Positions 19,316 through 27,711 of a DNA stretch of 32,398 nucleotides are shown here, one piece after another; within the stretch, counting starts at the first letter, position 1, and every line of letters begins with the position of its first letter. Position numbers and translations under genes: made by a program. Source of the stretch: Sphingomicrobium sp. (lineage in GTDB: Bacteria; Pseudomonadota; Alphaproteobacteria; Sphingomonadales; Sphingomonadaceae); the NCBI GenBank assembly GCA_035758865.1, contig DASTVY010000236.1:1-32398 (forward strand), in the 5' to 3' direction. The notes under the pieces are model-generated. The model saw only the letters and a list, made by a program, of their open reading frames with translations, was not told where the DNA came from and searched no databases.

Positions 19316-20692
19316 ATGGCCAAGCCGCAAGCCGTTCCGATCCTCGAGTTGGGCGAGAATTTCTACGATGCGGTCCAGCCGGCGGATTTTCCTCGATGCA
19401 GGCCGCGCTTTCTGAACCGGCGATGGGCCGATCAGATCGGATTGGGCGACCTGGATGCTAAGGGATGGGCGCGGCATTTCTGCCGGTTCGAGTCTCTTCC
19501 CAAAAATCTCAAGAAGCCGCTAGCCCTTCGCTATCACGGCCACCAGTTCCGGGTTTACAACCCAGACATTGGAGACGGTCGCGGCTTCCTGTTCGCGCAG
19601 CTTCGTGGGCCGGAAGGCCGCCTGCTGGACCTGGGGACCAAGGGCAGCGGCCAGACCCCTTACAGCCGCAAAGGCGACGGTCGGCTGACCCTGAAGGGCG
19701 GGGTCCGCGAAGTGCTGGCGACCGAGATGCTCGAGGCGCTGGGCGTCAACACTTCGAAGAGCTTCGCGCTGTTCGAAACCGGCGAAGAGCTATGGCGCGG
19801 CGACGAGCCCTCTCCCACGCGCTCGTCGGTGCTGACGCGCCTCAGCCATGGCCATATCCGCATCGGCAATTTCCAGCGTTTCGCATTCTTCAACGATGTC
19901 GAGGCGATCGCCGCGCTCGCTCGATACTGCCTGAAGCACTTGCTCGATGAACCGCTGGGCGATGACAAGGAAAATGCAGCGAGGTTGCTGGACCGGGTCT
20001 GCTCGTCGACCGCGACGCTGGCGGCAAGTTATGTCGCTGTCGGCTTCGTCCATGGCGTGCTCAACAGCGACAATATCAACATCACCGGCGAGAGCTTCGA
20101 CTACGGTCCCTGGCGGTTCACGTCCGAATGGGACGAGGAGTTCGTCGCCGCCTATTTCGATGAAATCGGGCTTTATGCATTCGGCCGCCAGCCCGAGGCG
20201 ATCCATTGGGACGTGGCCCAACTGGCCGGCTGCCTGGCAATGATCGGCGAAGCCCCGGCGCTGTCGGACCTGCTGGCGTCCTGGCCCGGGCGGTTTCAGC
20301 TGGCCCTTTCGGAGCGGATGCTGGCGCGGCTCGGCATTGCGCCGCGCGGGGAGGCCGACGACCGGCCGCTGGTGTCGGCGATGATCGCTGCGCTCAGGAC
20401 CCGCACGGTGGGGATGGATCGCTTCTTCTTCGACTGGCGTGGCGGGCGGCAACCGTCGGACGAAGTTTACGGCGGGGACGAATTTGACGAGCTCAAAGCT
20501 CAGCTGGAGGGCCGCGAGCAGGTTCTCACTCACCCCTATTGGTCCGATCCCGCGCCCTGCTCGATGCTGATCGACGAAGTGGAATCGATCTGGTCGGCGA
20601 TCGCCGATCGAGACGACTGGAGCCCCTTCGAATCCAAGATCGAGGCAGTTCGGCTCCTCGGCGATGCCATGACGGCGGATGCCCCCGCTTGA
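19316..20692 (+). CDS. selO: SelO/YdiU family protein adenylyltransferase (pseudokinase)
   Basis: YHGHQF, GDGRG, KGSGQTPYSRKGDGR, GFVHGVLNSDN, ESFDYGP. Confidence 0.93.
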   Translation: MAKPQAVPILELGENFYDAVQPADFPRCRPRFLNRRWADQIGLGDLDAKGWARHFCRFESLPKNLKKPLALRYHGHQFRVYNPDIGDGRGFLFAQLRGPEGRLLDLGTKGSGQTPYSRKGDGRLTLKGGVREVLATEMLEALGVNTSKSFALFETGEELWRGDEPSPTRSSVLTRLSHGHIRIGNFQRFAFFNDVEAIAALARYCLKHLLDEPLGDDKENAARLLDRVCSSTATLAASYVAVGFVHGVLNSDNINITGESFDYGPWRFTSEWDEEFVAAYFDEIGLYAFGRQPEAIHWDVAQLAGCLAMIGEAPALSDLLASWPGRFQLALSERMLARLGIAPRGEADDRPLVSAMIAALRTRTVGMDRFFFDWRGGRQPSDEVYGGDEFDELKAQLEGREQVLTHPYWSDPAPCSMLIDEVESIWSAIADRDDWSPFESKIEAVRLLGDAMTADAPA

Positions 20693-20740
20693 CCGGCCAT
20701 CCCCCGCATGGTTAGCGCCGCTCAGCGTGCGGGAGATTGA

Positions 20741-22171
20741 ATGAGCCGGGAAATTCTAGTCTCGACCGAACCGGCCACTGGCGCCGAAATCTGGTCCGGG
20801 CCTGTGGGCGATGCGTCGGCCGAGGTCGCGGCCGCACGTGCGGCCTGGCCGGCATGGGCGGCCCATTCGGTCACCTATCGGATCGAAACCCTCCGCCGCT
20901 TCGGCAATGTCGTCCGCTCCCGCGAAACGGAGTTTGCCGAACTGATCGCGCGAGAGACCGGCAAGCCCTTTTGGGAGGCCAAGACGGAAGTCAATTCGGT
21001 CGTCGCAAAGGTCGACATCTCGATCAACGCCTATTCGGAGCGGACCCCGACCAACCGGCTGGAAGCGGCGATGGGCAACAAGGTCACCGTCCGCCACAAG
21101 CCGCATGGCGTACTGGCGGTGCTCGGACCCTATAATTTCCCCGCGCACCTTCCCAACGGCCACATCGTCCCGGCGCTGATCGCTGGCAATGCCGTGGTCT
21201 TCAAGCCGTCCGAGAAGACTCCCGCGACGGGTGCCTTCCTCGTCGAATGCTTCCACGAGGCTGGTGTGCCGGAGGGCGTCATCCGCCTGCTGATCGGCGG
21301 TCCGGCCGAAGGCAAGTCATTAGCCGGACAGGCTGGAATTGACGGCCTGCTTTTCACCGGATCGGTTGGTGCTGGCATGGCGCTTCATCGTCAGTTCGCC
21401 GAGAATCCGAACAAGATCCTGGCGCTCGAGCTGGGCGGAAACAACCCGATCGTGGTGTGGAACGCGCCGGACCTTCAGTCGGCCGCGACGATCGTCGTTC
21501 AATCTGCCTTCCTTTCGGCCGGACAGCGCTGCACCGCCGCGCGTCGGCTGATCGTCGAGGATGGCAAGCATGAGGAGTTGGTCGACCAGATCTGTAAGCT
21601 CATCGACCGGATCATTGTCGACCATCCGATGGCCGATCCGCAGCCCTTCATGGGTCCGGTCATCGACCTGGTCACCGCCGATATACTGCAGGACCGTTTC
21701 CTCGGCTTGATGATGAAGGGCGGCAAAGCGATCCGCCGGCTGGAGCGGCCCATTGAGGAGCGTCCCTATCTGACTCCCTCGCTGATCGACATGACCGATG
21801 CCAAGGACCGGCTGGACGAGGAACTGTTCGGGCCGGTTCTCCAGCTGATCCGGGTCAAGGATTTCGACGCGGCGATCGACGAAGCCAACAATACCCGCTT
21901 CGGCCTCGCCGCCAGCATCCTGACAAAGGATCCCAAGCTCTACGACCGTTTCTGGGCCAACGTCCGATCCGGCGTAATCAACTGGAATCGGCCGACCAAC
22001 GGAGCGCCATCCAATGCTCCCTTCGGCGGGGTCGGATTTAGCGGCAATCATCGTCCAAGCGCCTATTACGCCGCCGACTATTGCGCCTATCCGGTTACAA
22101 GTGTCGAAGCAGAAAACACCCGATCGGTAATACCTGAGGGCCTGCGCGACACTAGTGTTGCGGAGAACTAG
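20741..22171 (+). CDS. astD: Succinylglutamate-semialdehyde dehydrogenase
   Basis: ALDH motifs (GPYNFPAHLPNGHIVPAL, FKPSEKTP, LELGGNNP, SAGQRCT, EELFGP) plus the AstD-type C-terminus SGNHRPSAYYAADYCAYP. Confidence 0.92.
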   Translation: MSREILVSTEPATGAEIWSGPVGDASAEVAAARAAWPAWAAHSVTYRIETLRRFGNVVRSRETEFAELIARETGKPFWEAKTEVNSVVAKVDISINAYSERTPTNRLEAAMGNKVTVRHKPHGVLAVLGPYNFPAHLPNGHIVPALIAGNAVVFKPSEKTPATGAFLVECFHEAGVPEGVIRLLIGGPAEGKSLAGQAGIDGLLFTGSVGAGMALHRQFAENPNKILALELGGNNPIVVWNAPDLQSAATIVVQSAFLSAGQRCTAARRLIVEDGKHEELVDQICKLIDRIIVDHPMADPQPFMGPVIDLVTADILQDRFLGLMMKGGKAIRRLERPIEERPYLTPSLIDMTDAKDRLDEELFGPVLQLIRVKDFDAAIDEANNTRFGLAASILTKDPKLYDRFWANVRSGVINWNRPTNGAPSNAPFGGVGFSGNHRPSAYYAADYCAYPVTSVEAENTRSVIPEGLRDTSVAEN

Positions 22172-22248
22172 ATCGCAATGAGTAGAAGGCAGCCGACGCG
22201 TCTCGATCGAAGCTAATTGAGGCACCGTCCTTCGATCCGCCCCTGCCC

Positions 22249-22277
22249 TTGACTCGATCTGGGCGCGGTATTTTAAT
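22249..22277 (+). promoter_or_regulatory. Sigma-70 promoter of the chrB-chrA operon
   Basis: TTGACT (22249-22254)-N17-TTTAAT (22272-22277). Confidence 0.65.
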
Positions 22278-22280
22278 GCC

Positions 22281-22353
22281 GGGATGGGGCATGCGATCGC
22301 CCCATGAGGCGACATGCTGAAGTATCGCGTCCTAACTTCGAAAGGGACGCATC
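22281..22353 (+). ncRNA. Structured cis-regulatory leader, probably the chrB-a/chrB-b RNA motif
   Basis: Hairpin ATGGGGC (22284-22290)/GCCCCAT (22299-22305). Its loop GCGAT can pair with ATCGC (22324-22328), forming a pseudoknot. A second hairpin GCGTCC (22327-22332)/GGACGC (22345-22350) covers the AAGGGA SD. It lies upstream of a chrB gene, the known context of these motifs. Confidence 0.6.
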
Positions 22354-23181
22354 ATGTCCGCGACCAATAGCATTAGCCCTGAAAAACTTGCCCGTTTGAT
22401 CGGCACTTCCAACTGCCCGACGATCATCGATGTCCGTCCCAACTGCGACCAACTGTTGCCGGCGTCCATCGGGCGATCGGCAGACGATGTGAACGAATGG
22501 GCGCCTAACTTTTCCGGCCAAAAAATCGTTGTCAGTTGCGTCCACGGCAAGGAACGGAGTGCCGGCGTCGCGGCCATCCTTCGCAGCGAAGGCGCTGACG
22601 CAGAGATACTCGAAGGCGGATTTTCCGCGTGGCGCGATGCCGGACTTCCCGTGGTCGACGCCGCGAAACTGCCCGATCGGGATCCACTGGGCCGAACCGT
22701 CTGGGTCACGCGGGCGAGGCCCAAGGTCGACCGGATCGCATGCCCCTGGCTCATCCGCCGCTTCGTCGATCCGACGGCGGTCTTCCTGTTCGTCACACCG
22801 AGCGAAGTCGCGGGTGTGGCCGAGCGCTTCGGCGCAACGCCATTCGATGTCGACGGGGTGTTCTGGAGCCACCGCGGAGAGAAATGCACCTTCGACACGA
22901 TGGTCGAGGAATTCGGCCTGGCCGCGATCGATGCTTTGGCGCGCCTCGCCGTGATCGTTCGCGGGGCCGACACAGCACGGCCGGAAATCGCACCGCAGGC
23001 GGCCGGGCTGCTGGCCGCGTCACTTGGTCTGTCTCGGATCTATTCCGATGATCTGGAGCAGCTTGAGGCCGGGATGCTGATTTACGATGCCTTTTACCGC
23101 TGGTGTCGGGACGCGGTCGACGAAACCCATGACTGGGTTTCGCACAAGCCCAGGCAAGCACGGCAGCCAGTGACCGCATAA
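22354..23181 (+). CDS. chrB: Chromate resistance protein ChrB-like (rhodanese domain plus chromate-resistance domain)
   Basis: IIDVR...CVHGKERS...LEGGFSAW rhodanese domain, then WVTRARPKVDRIACPWLIRRFVD, FWSHRGEKCTFD, IVRGADT, YDAFYRW. Confidence 0.9.
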   Translation: MSATNSISPEKLARLIGTSNCPTIIDVRPNCDQLLPASIGRSADDVNEWAPNFSGQKIVVSCVHGKERSAGVAAILRSEGADAEILEGGFSAWRDAGLPVVDAAKLPDRDPLGRTVWVTRARPKVDRIACPWLIRRFVDPTAVFLFVTPSEVAGVAERFGATPFDVDGVFWSHRGEKCTFDTMVEEFGLAAIDALARLAVIVRGADTARPEIAPQAAGLLAASLGLSRIYSDDLEQLEAGMLIYDAFYRWCRDAVDETHDWVSHKPRQARQPVTA

Positions 23182-24377
23182 TGGCCGCGGCGGAGCCGAC
23201 CCTGGCGGCGATCTTCATGCGCTTCCTGCGCTTCGGCCTGCTCGCCTGGGGTGGGCCGGTAGCGCAAATCGCGATGGTCAAGCGTGAGCTGGTAGAGGAA
23301 GAACAGTGGCTGACACCTGAGCGCTTCAATCGGCTGCTGGCCGTCTATCAGGTGCTGCCTGGGCCTGAAGCGCATGAGCTCTGTGTCCACCTCGGCATGA
23401 TGAAGCGCGGACGGCTCGGCGGTCTCCTTGCTGGCCTCGGATTCATGCTGCCCGGCCTGCTCCTCATCCTCGCGCTGGCCTGGATCTATCAGCGGCTTGA
23501 CCTCGACCGGCCGCTGATCGCGGCAATTTTCCTCGGCATCCAGATCGGAGTCATCGCGCTCATCATCCGTGCCGTGCATCGCATCGGCGAGCATGTGCTG
23601 ACCGACAAATGGCTGTGGGCGGTCGGCATTTCCAGCGCAACCGCCTCACTGCTTGGCGTCAGCTTCTGGATCGTCCTGCCCGTCGCAGGGCTCACCTATG
23701 CATTACTCGCCGCTGAGCGCTACTGGCTGGCAGCCGCGGTGGCTCTGGCCGGCATTGCCGCCGCCTTCTGGTTCACCGGTCCGGTCGAGGGACTGACCGG
23801 CGCGGCCGGTGCGAGCGCCGTAACGCCGGGTTCGGTCAGCGCGCTGGCGCTGTTCGTCTCCGGACTCAAGGCGGGCCTTCTGACCTTTGGCGGCGCCTAC
23901 ACCGCCATTCCCTTCGTGCGGAACGACGCAGTGGGCCGCGGCTGGATTGGTGAAGGCCAGTTCTTGGACAGCCTGGCGCTGGGTGGGATCATCCCTGCCC
24001 CGCTGATCATTTTCGCGACCTTCGTCGGTTATCTTGCCGGAGGCCTGGCCGGAGCGCTGGCAATCACTGCCGGCATCTTCCTGCCCGCCTTTTCCTTTGC
24101 GCTTTTGTTCTACGACCGGCTGGAGCGAGTGATTGAGGATGAGCGGCTGCATAGCCTGCTGGAAGGCGTCGCGGCAGGCGTCGTCGGGCTGATCGCGGTA
24201 ACCGCGCTGCAGCTCGGATGGAATGTGGCGCAGTCGGTGCCATCACCCCTCGTCGCGGCGATAATTTTCGGCGCCTCGCTGGCGCTGCTCTACCTGTGGA
24301 AGTCCAAGCTCAACGTGCTTGCGGTCGTTGCCGGGGCCGCGATCCTCGGCACCTTGTTCGCGTTGGGCGCGCCGTGA
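23181..24377 (+). CDS. chrA: Chromate efflux transporter ChrA (CHR family, long-chain)
   Basis: Two homologous halves (LAWGGPVAQI...QVLPGP; LTFGGAY...IIPAP), multiple TM helices; TAATG coupling to chrB. Confidence 0.93.
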   Translation: MAAAEPTLAAIFMRFLRFGLLAWGGPVAQIAMVKRELVEEEQWLTPERFNRLLAVYQVLPGPEAHELCVHLGMMKRGRLGGLLAGLGFMLPGLLLILALAWIYQRLDLDRPLIAAIFLGIQIGVIALIIRAVHRIGEHVLTDKWLWAVGISSATASLLGVSFWIVLPVAGLTYALLAAERYWLAAAVALAGIAAAFWFTGPVEGLTGAAGASAVTPGSVSALALFVSGLKAGLLTFGGAYTAIPFVRNDAVGRGWIGEGQFLDSLALGGIIPAPLIIFATFVGYLAGGLAGALAITAGIFLPAFSFALLFYDRLERVIEDERLHSLLEGVAAGVVGLIAVTALQLGWNVAQSVPSPLVAAIIFGASLALLYLWKSKLNVLAVVAGAAILGTLFALGAP

Positions 24378-25357
24378 GCACTCCACCCGAAATCCTTATC
24401 ATCACCCGGCGAGACATCCGGCGAGTGATGCAGCCTTCCGACTATCTGGCTGCGGTGGAACTGGGCTTCCGGGCCGGGGCAATGGGGAAGGCGGGCGCGC
24501 CGCACCCCATGCACATTCCGGTCACCCGCGGCGACTTCCACGCCAAGGGCGCCAGCATCTCGCTCGGCCGTGACTATGTTGCGGTAAAGATCAACGGCAA
24601 TTTCCCCGGAAATCCGGCGAAACACGGCCTCCCCACCATCCAGGGCGCGATTGTATTGGCCGACGGCGGCAATGGTGCCGTGCTCGCCATCATCGATTCC
24701 GTCGAAGTCACAATCCAGCGGACGGCGGCAGCAAGCGCTATCGCCGCCAAACTGCTGGCGCGACCGGACTCGAACACCTTGCTAATTTGTGGCTCCGGCG
24801 AGCAGGGCCGCGCCCATGCGATTGCGCTGCCGGACGTCCTACCGATCAAGCGCTGCCTGCTCTGGGATCGCGAAACTGAAGCCGCCGAGGCGCTGGCGGC
24901 TGAATTGGATGCTGTTGCCGTTCAGGACGTGGAATCGGGTGCGGAGCAAGCCGACGTGATCGCCTGCTGCACTACGGCGCATGAGCCGTTTCTGGATTTG
25001 GGAATGGTTCGGCGGGGAACGTTCATCGCCGCAGTGGGTGCAGACAATTCCGACAAGAACGAGATCGCGCCGGCACTGATGGCAGCGGCCAGGGTGGTGA
25101 CGGACGTCACCACCCAGTGCATCGAAATGGGCGATCTTCACCATGCGATCGAGGCCGGGACCATGGCTGCCGCAGAGGTCTATGCAGAGCTGGGCCAGCT
25201 CCTAGTCAGCGAGAAGGCGGGCCGCACTTCCCAGGAGGAGATCTTCATCTTCGATTCAACTGGCATTGGCCTGCAGGATGTCGCGGCTGCGGCAGCAATC
25301 TACGAGCGTTGCAGCGGCGACCTCTCCGTTCAGTCGATATCGTTTTCGGCGCCTTAG
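24374..25357 (+). CDS. Ornithine cyclodeaminase/mu-crystallin family protein
   Basis: Start trimmed to GTG 24374, overlapping the chrA TGA. NPAKHGLPTIQG, RTAAAS, Rossmann GSGEQG, AVGAD, FDSTGIGLQD. Confidence 0.88.
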   Translation: MSTPPEILIITRRDIRRVMQPSDYLAAVELGFRAGAMGKAGAPHPMHIPVTRGDFHAKGASISLGRDYVAVKINGNFPGNPAKHGLPTIQGAIVLADGGNGAVLAIIDSVEVTIQRTAAASAIAAKLLARPDSNTLLICGSGEQGRAHAIALPDVLPIKRCLLWDRETEAAEALAAELDAVAVQDVESGAEQADVIACCTTAHEPFLDLGMVRRGTFIAAVGADNSDKNEIAPALMAAARVVTDVTTQCIEMGDLHHAIEAGTMAAAEVYAELGQLLVSEKAGRTSQEEIFIFDSTGIGLQDVAAAAAIYERCSGDLSVQSISFSAP

Positions 25358-26844
25358 CTCCGCATCTCCGGCAAATAATCGCTCTCGCCCGGATCGCTGA
25401 ACTTGGTGATCTTAGCGTCGAAGCGCAGTCGGACCTTGCCGGTGGCGCCATGGCGCTGCTTGGCGACGATCAGCTCGGCGGTGCCGTAGACCCGCGCCAT
25501 TTCTTCCTGCCAAGCGGCGAATTCGGGATGATCTTCGGCAGGCTGCTTGGCGGCGACATAATAGTCCGGGCGGAACACGAACCAGACCATGTCGGCGTCC
25601 TGCTCGATCGAGCCGGATTCACGAAGGTCCGACAGTTGCGGCTTCTTGTCTTCACGCTGTTCGACGGCGCGGCTCAGCTGCGACAGTGCGATGACCGGCA
25701 CGTCGAGTTCCTTGGCGAGGGTCTTGAGGCCGCGGCTGATCTCCGAGATCTCGTTGACCCGGTTGTCGTTACTCGACTTGCCGGTGCCCTGAAGCAGCTG
25801 GAGGTAGTCGACGACGACCATGCCGATGCCCTTTTGACGCTTGAGGCGTCGAGCTCGAGCGCGGAGCGCGGCGATAGTCAGGCCCGGGGTATCGTCGATG
25901 TAAAGCGGCAGCGTCGAAAGCTCGCCCGCCGCCCGGGCCAGTGACCGGAACTCCTGCTGGCTAATCTTGCCCATGCGGAGGTTTTCAGAGCTGATCCCCG
26001 ACTGCTCGGCCAGGATACGCGTCGCCAGCTGGTCGGCCGACATTTCCAGGCTGAAGAAAGCGACCGGCGCGCCGGCGCTCTTTTCCGGAGCGATCCCGTC
26101 TTCCTGGTCGCGAATGAAGCGCTGCGCCGCACTGAACGCCATATTGGTCGCAAGCGAGGTTTTGCCCATGCCCGGGCGGCCGGCGACGATCACCAGGTCG
26201 CTTTTATGCATGCCGCCGACTTTGGTGTTGATCCCGTCGAGGCCGGTGGTGATGCCCGAAAGGTGGCCACCACTGTTCAAGGCCTTTTCGGCCTGCTCGA
26301 GCGCGAGCCGCGTGGCGTCGCCGAAGCTCTTCACGGAATTGGCCGTGCCCCCCTCTTCGGCGACGCGATAGAGCTCGCTTTCGGCCCGTTCGATCTGGGC
26401 CAGCGGCTCTACTTCCTCCGATGTGTCCAGCGCGCCCTCGACCAGGTCGCGCCCGACTCCGACCAGTGCCCGGAGCAGGGCGAGGTCGTAAATCTGCTTG
26501 GCGAAATCGCGCGCGCCGATAACCGCCGCGCCGGATCCCGTCAGCTGGGCTAGATAGGCCGGTCCGCCCACTTCCTTCATCGCTTCGTCCGCGTCGAAGA
26601 TCGGTTTCAGCGTAACCGGGTTGGCGACCATATTCTTGTCGGTCATCCGAAGGACGGCTTCGTAGATGCGGCCGTGCAGCGGTTCGAAGAAATGGTGCGG
26701 CTTCAAGCGCAGCTGGATGTCCTCGACCAAGCGGTTGTCGATCATCAGCGCGCCCAGCAGCGCGGCCTCCGCCTCGATATTCTGAGGGAGCGAGGGGGTG
26801 GCGGGCGCTTCAGCCCCACCGTCGATTCGAACTACTTCGGCCAT
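25354..26844 (-). CDS. dnaB: Replicative DNA helicase
   Basis: PQNIEAEAALLG, Walker A GRPGMGKT, FSLEMS, VDYLQL, LSQLSRAVEQR, DLRESGSIEQDAD, KQRHG. Confidence 0.98.
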   Translation of the reverse strand: MAEVVRIDGGAEAPATPSLPQNIEAEAALLGALMIDNRLVEDIQLRLKPHHFFEPLHGRIYEAVLRMTDKNMVANPVTLKPIFDADEAMKEVGGPAYLAQLTGSGAAVIGARDFAKQIYDLALLRALVGVGRDLVEGALDTSEEVEPLAQIERAESELYRVAEEGGTANSVKSFGDATRLALEQAEKALNSGGHLSGITTGLDGINTKVGGMHKSDLVIVAGRPGMGKTSLATNMAFSAAQRFIRDQEDGIAPEKSAGAPVAFFSLEMSADQLATRILAEQSGISSENLRMGKISQQEFRSLARAAGELSTLPLYIDDTPGLTIAALRARARRLKRQKGIGMVVVDYLQLLQGTGKSSNDNRVNEISEISRGLKTLAKELDVPVIALSQLSRAVEQREDKKPQLSDLRESGSIEQDADMVWFVFRPDYYVAAKQPAEDHPEFAAWQEEMARVYGTAELIVAKQRHGATGKVRLRFDAKITKFSDPGESDYLPEMRS

Positions 26845-26884
26845 GAGTTTGCTCTAAGGCTATCCAGCCCGCTGAGGATATCGG

Positions 26885-26899
26885 GAACAAATGTAGCAC
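26885..26899. promoter_or_regulatory. Putative alphaproteobacterial LexA (SOS) box
   Basis: GAAC-AAATGTA-GCAC, one mismatch to GAAC-N7-GAAC, with an A/T-rich spacer. Confidence 0.45.
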
Positions 26900-26902
26900 G
26901 AC

Positions 26903-26911
26903 TGTGGATAA
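26903..26911 (-). promoter_or_regulatory. DnaA box upstream of dnaB
   Basis: TGTGGATAA is the reverse complement of the perfect consensus TTATCCACA. A degenerate copy TCGTCCACA lies at 26968-26976. Confidence 0.65.
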
Positions 26912-26995
26912 TCTGTGAGCCGAACCACTTGCCTGTCGGCGGGATTCCCCAAACTTGCGAAGCCGTGTCGTCCACAGAAAAAGATCACGGTGGAA

Positions 26996-27024
26996 TTGAT
27001 GGCGCGATAGTGCCTCGCTAGCCA
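26996..27024 (+). promoter_or_regulatory. Putative promoter for a leaderless dcd mRNA
   Basis: TTGATG-N17-TAGCCA-N6-ATG with no SD; same geometry as the valS promoter. Confidence 0.5.
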
Positions 27025-27030
27025 CACCCC

Positions 27031-27585
27031 ATGACCATTCAATCGGACCGCTGGATTCGCGACCAGGCTCTCAATCACCGTATGATCGAACCGTTCGTCG
27101 AGGCGCAGCGGCGCGAAGGCTGTATCAGCTACGGCCTGTCCTCTTATGGCTATGACGCGCGCGTTGCCGACGAATTCAAGATATTCACCAACGTCGACAG
27201 CGCGACCGTGGACCCCAAGGACTTCGCGTCCAACAGCTTCGTCGACCGCCAGACCGATGTTTGCATAATTCCACCGAATAGTTTTGCGCTCGCCCGGACG
27301 GTCGAATATTTCAGGGTTCCCGAGGACGTGCTGGTGATCTGCCTCGGCAAATCGACCTACGCCCGCTGCGGGATCATCGTGAACGTTACGCCCCTGGAAC
27401 CTGGCTGGGAGGGGCATGTGACGCTGGAATTCTCCAACACCACGCCCCTTCCCGCCAAGATCTATGCCAATGAAGGCGCGTGCCAGTTCCTGTTCCTGAA
27501 GGGCAATGAACGGTGCGAGATCAGTTACGCCGACCGTGCCGGCAAATATATGGGGCAACGTGGAGTGACATTGCCCAAGCTCTGA
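27031..27585 (+). CDS. dcd: dCTP deaminase
   Basis: [60 protein letters not shown]. Confidence 0.97.
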   Translation: MTIQSDRWIRDQALNHRMIEPFVEAQRREGCISYGLSSYGYDARVADEFKIFTNVDSATVDPKDFASNSFVDRQTDVCIIPPNSFALARTVEYFRVPEDVLVICLGKSTYARCGIIVNVTPLEPGWEGHVTLEFSNTTPLPAKIYANEGACQFLFLKGNERCEISYADRAGKYMGQRGVTLPKL

Positions 27586-27711
27586 TAGGCTAAAGCGACA
27601 GCGTTGGCTGGCCTGCTCGGCGGGCGATGCCCTTCGTCACTTGACTCTTTGCAGCAAAAGTGGGCGTTTGATTTCGCTCGGATTACCGCGAACCTCGCAA
27701 GGGGAAGCGTT

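Noticed and set aside
19277-19477. 66-aa minus-strand ORF whose TAA overlaps the hydrolase ATG
   Set aside because: It lies mostly antisense to selO, has no recognisable features, and the hydrolase has its own SD.
22281-22340. Fluoride (crcB) riboswitch upstream of chrB
   Set aside because: There is superficial similarity (GATGG start, pseudoknot potential), but the usual GAUGGnGUUCnCC and CUGAUGAC...CUAC core is not matched; a chrB-type motif fits better.
3395-25357. Convergent gene pairs with overlapping stop codons (3395-3398, 18405-18408, 25354-25357)
   Set aside because: A common outcome of compact gene packing; no sign of a special function.
26845-27030. Replication origin at the DnaA boxes
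   Set aside because: Only one perfect box in a 186-nt spacer with no AT-rich unwinding element; better explained as promoter regulation.
27641-27660. TTGACT followed by the palindrome TTTGC-A-GCAAA as promoter/operator of the patatin operon
   Set aside because: No credible -10 element at 16-18 nt spacing, so it is too weak to list as a feature.
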